From IMG/VR virus record IMGVR_UViG_3300036668_000173, positions 23,313 to 87,312 of that record: 64,000 bases of DNA; one strand, written 5' to 3'. The translations under genes and the position numbers were made by a program. The DNA is from a virus. Below, in pieces: positions 10,045-17,695 of this stretch (position 1 is its first letter; each line of letters starts with the position of its first letter). The notes under the pieces are model-generated. The model made no database searches. It was not told the origin of the DNA and worked only from the letters and a program-made list of their open reading frames with translations.

Positions 10045-10058
10045 AGGAGTATTACCTC

Positions 10059-10262
10059 ATGGACAGTTTAGTTAAAAACAGTTTAATTATTATTTTTGCC
10101 CTAGGATTTTTAGTCTTTGCGCCAATCCTAACGATCATGTCATTAAATCAGCTATTTGATCTTGGTATCACAATTACCTTCTGGTCATGGGCTTCTGTGG
10201 TTTGGTTAAACATGACAGTTCTTGGTGGATTGTCTGCTTCAATAAAACACTTAAAAAAGTAG
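10059..10262 (+). CDS. Small membrane protein
   Basis: AGGAG SD; two hydrophobic segments. Confidence 0.65.
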   Translation: MDSLVKNSLIIIFALGFLVFAPILTIMSLNQLFDLGITITFWSWASVVWLNMTVLGGLSASIKHLKK

Positions 10263-10317
10263 TACAATAGTAAAATTATTTAATTGAAAACTTTATATCA
10301 TGGGGGGTATCTAATAT

Positions 10318-11259
10318 ATGTCTAATGAATTTTTATGGGTAGAAAAGTACAGACCTCAAACAGTTTCTGAGTGTATTTTACCTAAGTCAATAAAATCTAC
10401 TTTTTCTTCTATTCTTAAAAGTGGTGAGATACCCAACATGTTATTTACGGGTACTGCAGGAGTGGGTAAGACTACGATTGCTAGAGCCCTTTGTAATGAG
10501 CTTGGTCTTGATTACATCATAATCAATGGTTCCGAAGAGGGCAACATTGATACGCTTCGAGGCAAGATAAAACATTTTGCGTCTACCATATCTCTATCGG
10601 GTAGTGGGTACAAGGTTGTCATTCTGGATGAAGCCGACTATCTAAATGCAAACTCTTTTCAACCCGCGCTTCGTGGATTCATAGAAGAGTACTCAAAGAA
10701 CTGTAGGTTCATCCTTACCTGTAATTTTAAGAATCGTATCATTGAGCCATTGCATTCTCGTTGTTCTACCCACGAATTTAATATTCCAAATTCAGAAAAG
10801 CCTAAGTTAGCTTCAGAGTTTTTCAAGAGGTTAACAGGTATTTTAGAAAAGGAATCAGTACAGTTTGAACCAAGAGCTTTGGCAACACTGATCGAACGAT
10901 TCTTTCCTGATTGGCGTCGGGTTCTTAATGAGTGCCAACGGTATTCAATCAGTGGGTCGATTGATGCAGGAATTCTTGTAAACTTATCTGACACGAATGT
11001 TGATGTCCTAATGACTTCGTTAAAGGATAAAGACTTTAAGACAATGCGAAAATGGGTAGTCGACAATATCGATACAGACCCACAAATCATTTTTAGAAAA
11101 GTATATGATACGATGACCGATTTTGTTGCACCTGCTTCGGTTCCTCAGATGGTTTTAATCATTGCAGACTATCAATACAAAAATGCATTCGTTGCCGATC
11201 GAGAAATTAATACGGTCGCCTTTATGACAGAGTTGATGGCTAACATGGAGTGGAAATGA
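10318..11259 (+). CDS. gp44: Clamp loader large subunit gp44
   Basis: LWVEKYRP, GTAGVGKT, ILDEADYL and SRC motifs. Confidence 0.96.
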   Translation: MSNEFLWVEKYRPQTVSECILPKSIKSTFSSILKSGEIPNMLFTGTAGVGKTTIARALCNELGLDYIIINGSEEGNIDTLRGKIKHFASTISLSGSGYKVVILDEADYLNANSFQPALRGFIEEYSKNCRFILTCNFKNRIIEPLHSRCSTHEFNIPNSEKPKLASEFFKRLTGILEKESVQFEPRALATLIERFFPDWRRVLNECQRYSISGSIDAGILVNLSDTNVDVLMTSLKDKDFKTMRKWVVDNIDTDPQIIFRKVYDTMTDFVAPASVPQMVLIIADYQYKNAFVADREINTVAFMTELMANMEWK

Positions 11260-11843
11260 AAACTAACCCTATAATTTTTGATTTTGAGACTCTAGGGACT
11301 GATGTCAATAAATGTGTAGTATTGTGTATGGGCATTCTTCAGTTTGACGACACACGGCTTAATTCTAATAACCCTTACACCTACGAAGAGTTATTGAATC
11401 TTGGTGTTCTAATTAAGTTTGACGTCTCTTTACAAGTCAATAAGTACGGAAGAAAAATAGATCCTCAAAGTGTCGATTGGTGGTCAGAACAATCTAAAGA
11501 GTCAAGGAAGATTCTTACCCCAACAAAGTCTGATGTGTCAATTGATACATTACATGGCATTCTCTGTGCTTACGATCAACCAAGGAAGATATATACTAGA
11601 GGTAGTAATTTTGATCCCCTTATTTTAGATTCTTTGATGCTCGACACCAAAAAAAGTAATCCGTTTGATTGGTGGAATTTTAGAGATACTCGTTCTCTAA
11701 TTGAAGGTTTGTCGTATGGATCTGGTTTGAAACATAATTATATACCCGAAGAATTGGAAGGTAAAATTGTGGCACATAACCCAATACACGATATCGCATT
11801 AGATGTCATAAGGATTCAACAACTAGCAAGACTTATGTTATAA
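11256..11843 (+). CDS. dexA: DexA-like DEDDh 3'-5' exonuclease
   Basis: FDFETLG, RGSNFD, RDTRS and HNPIHDIALD. Confidence 0.8.
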   Translation: MKTNPIIFDFETLGTDVNKCVVLCMGILQFDDTRLNSNNPYTYEELLNLGVLIKFDVSLQVNKYGRKIDPQSVDWWSEQSKESRKILTPTKSDVSIDTLHGILCAYDQPRKIYTRGSNFDPLILDSLMLDTKKSNPFDWWNFRDTRSLIEGLSYGSGLKHNYIPEELEGKIVAHNPIHDIALDVIRIQQLARLML

Positions 11844-11844
11844 T

Positions 11845-12138
11845 ATGCTAATTACTTCAATTAGACGTACCACAAACTGGATCAAATATGATTTTAGCTC
11901 TCATCCTATTCGTTTTCTCATTGAGTTGTGCGCTTGGGGCATATCAATTGCTTGTAGCATTACGATGGCAGTCACCGTCCCGAACCCGCCATTACTTATT
12001 TTATATCCTATCTGGATTATTGGTTGTTCAATGTATCTCTGGTCTGCTCATACTCGCAAATCTTTTGGAATGTTCGCGAACTACATGTTACTTGTCATTA
12101 TAGATTCGGTTGGTTTAATTAGAATGGTGGTCTTATGA
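11845..12138 (+). CDS. Small membrane protein (about 3 TM segments)
   Basis: Hydrophobic segments; coupled to neighbouring genes. Confidence 0.65.
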   Translation: MLITSIRRTTNWIKYDFSSHPIRFLIELCAWGISIACSITMAVTVPNPPLLILYPIWIIGCSMYLWSAHTRKSFGMFANYMLLVIIDSVGLIRMVVL

Positions 12139-12515
12139 ATCCTTATGAATATGTTAAATCTATCAATCAAACAAAAGAAAACATTATGGTCGATGACGAG
12201 TCCGAGAAAGGCTACAATTCGTATATTGTAAATCGAAGCCTGTCATATTTTAATGACACTGTTATGTTTGCCAATGAAATGAATGTAAATCATCAATTAG
12301 ACAATCGACTAAAGTATGAGTTTCTATTAGGGACTATTCGTAAGAAGGCTAGGTTCTCTAAATGGATAAAGCCCGACACCGAAGAGTCTCTAAACATAAT
12401 CAAAGAGTGTTACGGATATAGTAACGAAAAGGCTCTTCAAGTGTTAAATTTATTGTCTGTCGAACAAATAGGACAGATCAAAAGACGACTATCGAAGGGT
12501 GGTCGGACTCCTTAA
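12135..12515 (+). CDS. gp62: Clamp loader small subunit gp62
   Basis: YIVNRSLSYFNDT..FANEMN, RKKARFSKW, YGYSNEKA and C-terminal KGG. Confidence 0.93.
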   Translation: MNPYEYVKSINQTKENIMVDDESEKGYNSYIVNRSLSYFNDTVMFANEMNVNHQLDNRLKYEFLLGTIRKKARFSKWIKPDTEESLNIIKECYGYSNEKALQVLNLLSVEQIGQIKRRLSKGGRTP

Positions 12516-12595
12516 AGTTTTTAGATGTTGATCAGTTTACCCTCTACTGACCAACTGTTAAATGTGTAAGAGGGAATTCATGGAGTTATAATATA

Positions 12596-12781
12596 ATGTC
12601 TCATAAAGAAAAAATCGCAAAGTACTTAACAAAAAAAGAACAGACTATTCGTCAACTTAGTAGCTTGTTGAGTATCAAAGAAAATGCGGTTCGTTCGCGT
12701 GTAGCCGAGCTTCGACAAGACGGCATGAGTATCGAAACAATCACTACGAAGAGTGGCAAGACTGCATACAAGATGTCGTAA
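12596..12781 (+). CDS. Small winged-helix DNA-binding protein
   Basis: TIRQLSSLLSIKENAVRSRVAELRQDG helix-turn-helix pattern; GGAG SD. Confidence 0.7.
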   Translation: MSHKEKIAKYLTKKEQTIRQLSSLLSIKENAVRSRVAELRQDGMSIETITTKSGKTAYKMS

Positions 12782-12800
12782 TACAAATCTTTGATGTCCT

Positions 12801-12856
12801 ATAACAAAGATAGTGCGTGAGTATAAATACTTTCATACTATCTTTGTTATTTTTTT
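12801..12856 (+). promoter_or_regulatory. Hairpin plus U-tract with a T4 late promoter (TATAAATA, 12822-12829) in its loop
   Basis: Perfect 14-bp stem 12801-12814/12837-12850 followed by a T run. Confidence 0.75.
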
Positions 12857-12868
12857 AAGTGAGGTTAT

Positions 12869-14479
12869 ATGAATTGTCCAGAATGCCAGAGTGAAAATGT
12901 TCACGGAAATGGTTTCAGAAATACCACGCAGGGTAGAACAAAACGATACCGATGTATGGGTTGTGGTAAAGGTTTTTCGCTACCTTCAGATCTTACAGGA
13001 GATAATGAAGATCTTGGTGCCTATGATGAGACCTATGTTCGAGAAAAAGAATGGTTAGAAGAAAAGATTAAGAACCATCGTAAATTCGTCATAACTTCGG
13101 CTCAGTCGAACACCGACACGAACGAGAAATTTTTAAAGTCTTTGCTTACTTTTTGCAAGCATAACAAGGCACAACTTTTAGTCATTCCGATTAAGTATAG
13201 AAATCCAACATCAGCAGAAGACGAAAGTAATTATACATGGAGCACTTCGCTTCAGGACTACATGATCGAAAACAATTTTAAATTGCATCCAAATCTTAAG
13301 GTCTTAGGCGCATTGAAAATAAATGCAACTGCAGAAAATCCTATGACGGGTCTAGATCCCATTTCAAAGGGAGACTCTGTAATCATTGGGCATAACCAAT
13401 TACAAATGAAAACGCTTGCGGTGCAACAAAGCGACTTCCCTGTCATCATGTCTTCGACAGGAACCGTGTCCGAAAAAGATTATTCAATTTCTAAAATGGG
13501 TTACAAGGCTCAGTTCAACCATTCATTTTCGGCTGTACTTGTCGAGCTACCACCACTAAATGCAAAAGATGATAATGACGTGTTTCATATTAGGCATTTA
13601 AATTTTGATGGTCGTGGGTTCTTTGACTTGTCGTATTACTATTTGCCTACTAAGGCAACCAAAGACGTCTCTAGTGTAGAAGCAATTGTTACGGGCGACG
13701 AACATGCATTGTTTACAGATCCAGTAGTTAAGTCGGTGACCTATATGTCACAGGACTCAATTGTAAAAACTTTGAAGCCTAAATTTATTGTTCGTCATGA
13801 TGTGCTTGATTGTTATACGGTAAGCCACCACCACAGACATTCGGTGTTTACTCAGTATGCAAAATATAAATGTGGTATGAATAAGATCGAAGACGAGTTG
13901 AATTTAACCATTCAGTACATAAAGGAAACAAGTCCAATATTGGCAACAAATTTAATTGTTCCTTCTAATCACAATGATCACTTGACGAGGTGGTTAAACG
14001 AGACGGATCCAAAGTATGAGCCATGGAATGCTGTGTTATACCACAAACTCATGTACCGTATGTTGGAACATACTAATATCGATTCGTCGGGTACGGTTCA
14101 TCCAAATCCGTTTGAGCTTTATTGTGGACACAGTTTTAAAAATTCGGGGAATAAGGTAGAGTTTTTGAGTCGAAACACTTCATACAAAATCAAAGAAATT
14201 GAAATTGGTTTACATGGTGATAAGGGCCAGAATGGGTCGCGTGGGTCTAGAAAACAGTTGTCTACGTTACCATCAAAGACGATTATAGGACACTCTCACA
14301 GCCCTGGGATCGAAAAAGGTTGCTACCAAGTAGGTACGTCCTCCTACCTTAAATTAGAGTACACGTCTGGGCCCTCCTCTTGGCTTCACACACATTGTCT
14401 GATCTACTCGAACGGTAAGAGACAACTTATCAATATTATTCGAGGAAAGTGGCGAGGGGATTCTAAGATTCACAAGTGA
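12869..14479 (+). CDS. Zn-ribbon plus calcineurin-like metallo-nuclease, T5 A1 (DNA transfer protein)-like
   Basis: N-terminal CPEC...CMGC; FVITSAQSNT; GDEH, HDVLD, SNHNDH, LHGD and GHSHSP motifs. Confidence 0.6.
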   Translation: MNCPECQSENVHGNGFRNTTQGRTKRYRCMGCGKGFSLPSDLTGDNEDLGAYDETYVREKEWLEEKIKNHRKFVITSAQSNTDTNEKFLKSLLTFCKHNKAQLLVIPIKYRNPTSAEDESNYTWSTSLQDYMIENNFKLHPNLKVLGALKINATAENPMTGLDPISKGDSVIIGHNQLQMKTLAVQQSDFPVIMSSTGTVSEKDYSISKMGYKAQFNHSFSAVLVELPPLNAKDDNDVFHIRHLNFDGRGFFDLSYYYLPTKATKDVSSVEAIVTGDEHALFTDPVVKSVTYMSQDSIVKTLKPKFIVRHDVLDCYTVSHHHRHSVFTQYAKYKCGMNKIEDELNLTIQYIKETSPILATNLIVPSNHNDHLTRWLNETDPKYEPWNAVLYHKLMYRMLEHTNIDSSGTVHPNPFELYCGHSFKNSGNKVEFLSRNTSYKIKEIEIGLHGDKGQNGSRGSRKQLSTLPSKTIIGHSHSPGIEKGCYQVGTSSYLKLEYTSGPSSWLHTHCLIYSNGKRQLINIIRGKWRGDSKIHK

Positions 14480-14544
14480 CCTCTAAAATCATTCTTTTAT
14501 AAATAACATATATTATTGTTATTGCATCATAAAGGAATATTAAA

Positions 14545-14973
14545 ATGAGTGAATTTGTAAATCAATCAGAGCCCGTTGTATGGGATCCCTCTATGATGTT
14601 AGAGGTGATCCTAAACGAACCCGATGACTTTTTAAAAGTCCGAGAAACCTTAACACGGATTGGGGTCGCATCAAGAAAAGATAATACTCTATTTCAGTCG
14701 TGTCATATACTACACAAGCAAGGTCGATACTTTATCGTACACTTCAAGGAAATGTTTTTACTTGATGGTAAACCTTCTAATTTAGTAAAAAATGATCTTC
14801 AGAGGCGAGACACCATTATAACGTTACTATCCGACTGGGGTTTGATAACTGTTTTAGAAAATGGTCGAGATCTAGATTGTGCCCCACTAAGACAAATCAA
14901 AGTACTTTCGTTTAAAGAAAAGGAAAACTGGTTGTTGTCCCCAAAATATAATATTGGGAATTCGGATCGATAG
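14545..14973 (+). CDS. regA: Translational repressor RegA
   Basis: DDFLKVRETLTRIGVAS and LFQSCHILHKQGRYFIVHFKE; TATAAATA at 14498-14505. Confidence 0.96.
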   Translation: MSEFVNQSEPVVWDPSMMLEVILNEPDDFLKVRETLTRIGVASRKDNTLFQSCHILHKQGRYFIVHFKEMFLLDGKPSNLVKNDLQRRDTIITLLSDWGLITVLENGRDLDCAPLRQIKVLSFKEKENWLLSPKYNIGNSDR

Positions 14974-14979
14974 AATACA

Positions 14980-15834
14980 ATGACTCATATTCGTGGGATG
15001 TTGGGTCTTGGTGATAGCATATACCAAAGAGCCTTTATAAAAAAGATGGATCATGAAGTATATCTCGAAACACCATGGCCACAACTCTATGAAGACCTAT
15101 CTAATGTAAAATTTGTTTTACCCTCTAGAAGCCTAAGAACCCAAGATAAAAATGTAACGTCTTACTGGGTCGAATGGGAAGTTCCTCCAGAGATATGTAA
15201 CACGATACGAGTCAATTATAGAGATATCAGTAAATCAGAAAAAAGTATAATTCAGGCAATGTCTGAATGTTTCGATGTAGGAGTGCCAGAATCTTTTGAC
15301 CTACCCGACTTCACAGACGAATGTTCATGGGTTAAGACTCTAGGAGATTTTGCCTTAGTGCGACCAGTGACCGAAAGGAAAGAGTGGTACAACACGTCAC
15401 GAAATCCTAGACCCGAGTACGTAGAGCAGTCTGTTAACGCTCTAAGAGAAATGGGTGTGACCATTGTTTCTGTTGCAGATCTAAAGGATTCTGAAGAGTG
15501 GTTGGTAGGAAAAGATATAAACGCAGATTTTAAGTTTCATGCTGGACAACTGACCGTAAAGGAAATGATGGCTTTGACACAATCAGCATCCTATGTTATA
15601 GGTGGTGTTGGTTGGATAGTCCCAGCTTCGTTGGCATACAAAAGTAATGCATGGATTATTTTGGGTGGACAAGGTGGACTTAACTCCCCACAGAAGTTGG
15701 TAGATAAATTTTTGACTCCAGCCTTAAATTTTGTTGAGCCAGATAAATACTGTTTATGCTCTGGCATGACACACAATTGTAAAAAGGAAATTAGTAATTA
15801 TGAGCAAAAATTTACCAACTGGCTACGAAGATGA
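14980..15834 (+). CDS. Putative GT-B glycosyltransferase (GT9/heptosyltransferase-like)
   Basis: N-terminal GLGD, LETPWP, and a C-terminal LTQSASYVIGGVGW nucleotide-sugar-binding-like segment. Confidence 0.6.
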   Translation: MTHIRGMLGLGDSIYQRAFIKKMDHEVYLETPWPQLYEDLSNVKFVLPSRSLRTQDKNVTSYWVEWEVPPEICNTIRVNYRDISKSEKSIIQAMSECFDVGVPESFDLPDFTDECSWVKTLGDFALVRPVTERKEWYNTSRNPRPEYVEQSVNALREMGVTIVSVADLKDSEEWLVGKDINADFKFHAGQLTVKEMMALTQSASYVIGGVGWIVPASLAYKSNAWIILGGQGGLNSPQKLVDKFLTPALNFVEPDKYCLCSGMTHNCKKEISNYEQKFTNWLRR

Positions 15835-16414
15835 ATTTATCTGGTACCCTGACCTACAGATGGGATATCACCCAAGAGATCCGATTGACTATGATGGCGA
15901 TTATTGGGACAAGTACCTTAAGTACGACAAATCAGATATGGGAGTCGAGCTTACACGAGCACGTTTAGATTTAGTTAAGCGACACAGTAAAAGTGCCGAT
16001 ATAATTGACATTGGTATCGGTGGTGGTTTATTTGTTAGTGAAATGAATTGCTATGGGTTTGACGTAAACGAACGCGCTAATCAATGGTTGCATTCCAATA
16101 ATAGATTTAAAAATCCGTACCAAGACCGAGCACATTCTATCACCTGTTGGGATTCGATTGAGCATGTTCCCGACCCTACCACACTATTGAAAAATGTTGA
16201 CAAGTGGTTCTTTGCCTCTATACCAATTTTTCAATCACCAGAGACAGTTAAAGATTCTAAACACTACCGACCTGGGGAACACATATGGTACTTCACCCAT
16301 GAAGGTTTCATTGCATGGGCAGGTCGTCATGGCTTTGAACTAGTCGAATGGAATGATCAAGAAACTTTACTGGGTCGCGAAGATATTCGCTCATACGCAT
16401 TCAAGAGAGTATAA
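15800..16414 (+). CDS. Class I SAM-dependent methyltransferase
   Basis: IDIGIGGG, YGFDVN, WDSIEHV and EHIWYF. Confidence 0.8.
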   Translation: MSKNLPTGYEDEFIWYPDLQMGYHPRDPIDYDGDYWDKYLKYDKSDMGVELTRARLDLVKRHSKSADIIDIGIGGGLFVSEMNCYGFDVNERANQWLHSNNRFKNPYQDRAHSITCWDSIEHVPDPTTLLKNVDKWFFASIPIFQSPETVKDSKHYRPGEHIWYFTHEGFIAWAGRHGFELVEWNDQETLLGREDIRSYAFKRV

Positions 16415-16422
16415 ATAAAAGT

Positions 16423-16635
16423 ATGTTATCATTCAAAGAATACGAAGAAATATTACAAGAGGCTTCATATGCTGGAAATATCGGCATCATGGAGTTGGTA
16501 AAATTTTATAAACAGGCAGACCCTAAGACTATTGCTAAGGTTAAAGATCTCATCGCATCAAAGAAGAACAAAGAGGCGTGGGACATAATCCAAAAAGTGA
16601 CTGGGGTAACTCTTCACAAGTCTGCTTTTGCATAG
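16423..16635 (+). CDS. Small late protein with a capsid-targeting-like N-terminus
   Basis: MLSFKEYEEILQE; TATAAATA at 16410-16417, 5 nt before the ATG. Confidence 0.7.
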   Translation: MLSFKEYEEILQEASYAGNIGIMELVKFYKQADPKTIAKVKDLIASKKNKEAWDIIQKVTGVTLHKSAFA

Positions 16636-16767
16636 GTTTCTACTACCTTAGGAACGTAAAGCCGACACTACGATAAGGTGTCCCTGTATTCGGTAAGCAG
16701 GAAACCCGATATGCCTAATGGATATCGATTATTTTAAATTAAAACTCGCTTAATAGGAGCATTCACA
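16636..16767 (+). promoter_or_regulatory. Structured hsp20 leader ending in a ROSE-like RNA thermometer hairpin
   Basis: CTC-G-CT-TAAT-AG-GAG pairs the SD with a bulged G; several further hairpins lie upstream. Confidence 0.6.
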
Positions 16768-17283
16768 ATGCAAAACACTTTTAACAACTCAGTAAAAGAC
16801 TTCGAGAAATTCTTCATTGGTTATGATGGCTATGCCCATCACTTGACAAAACTTCATCAAGACTTAACCAAGAACGCACCAAACTATCCCCCATACAATA
16901 TCAAAAAGATTGGCGAAAACACTTATACCATTGAACTAGCCGTTGCAGGTTTTAACAAGCAACAACTAGAAATTCATATCGATGGCGATAAACTTTCGGT
17001 CAAGGGAAATATTGACAAGTCCGAATCTTCTGGTACTATGTTATATGAAGGTATCGCGAACCGAGCGTTCACTCGGGCATTTGCCTTAAATGATAATGTC
17101 GTTGTAAAAAACGCAGGGTTGTTTAATGGTATGTTAAAAATCATGCTTGAACAAATTATTCCAGAAAAGAATAAGTCATATAAAATTGACATTCAAGATG
17201 ACGAGCCTCAATCTGTTTCTGAGTTTGCTTCGGGTAACATTCATCGTACAGGTGAACAGGTATTCGGTCCAGGCTCTAATTAA
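16768..17283 (+). CDS. hsp20: Small heat shock protein Hsp20 (IbpA-like)
   Basis: NYPPYNI, IELAVAGF, GIANRAFTRAF and NGMLKI. Confidence 0.93.
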   Translation: MQNTFNNSVKDFEKFFIGYDGYAHHLTKLHQDLTKNAPNYPPYNIKKIGENTYTIELAVAGFNKQQLEIHIDGDKLSVKGNIDKSESSGTMLYEGIANRAFTRAFALNDNVVVKNAGLFNGMLKIMLEQIIPEKNKSYKIDIQDDEPQSVSEFASGNIHRTGEQVFGPGSN

Positions 17284-17300
17284 TATACCGTATTGAAATG

Positions 17301-17328
17301 AATGGCGGGTCGCATTGGCTCGCCATGT
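17301..17328 (+). terminator. GC-rich hairpin after hsp20
   Basis: ATGGCGGGTC/GGCTCGCCAT stem; weak U tail. Confidence 0.45.
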
Positions 17329-17350
17329 TACACTTATAGGATTATAAATC

Positions 17351-17644
17351 ATGAGCAATATTAAATTACTACGACTTAACTCGGGCGAAGAACTGATTGC
17401 CTCGATCACAGAAAATGAAAGCGGCGACTACCTTGCAAAAGATATCACGGTGCTGATCCCAACACAATCAAATACTCTAGGGCTTGCCCCATTCATGCCT
17501 TACTCGATCATTCCAGAAGTTGGCATCACATTCAAAGAAAAGGACATCATGTTCTTTACCAAGCCAATCGATGACCTTTTGACAAAATATAATGAAATGT
17601 TTAAAAAGATTGTTACGCCACCCGAGAAAAGGATAATCCTTTAA
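17351..17644 (+). CDS. Conserved T4-like hypothetical protein (Sm-like)
   Basis: IKLLRLNSGEELIA motif; usual position between hsp20 and gp43. Confidence 0.7.
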   Translation: MSNIKLLRLNSGEELIASITENESGDYLAKDITVLIPTQSNTLGLAPFMPYSIIPEVGITFKEKDIMFFTKPIDDLLTKYNEMFKKIVTPPEKRIIL

Positions 17645-17695
17645 GGTTGTTTTTGTGGTAAAATGATTGACAATTTTTATGATGGGGAGTTAGAC

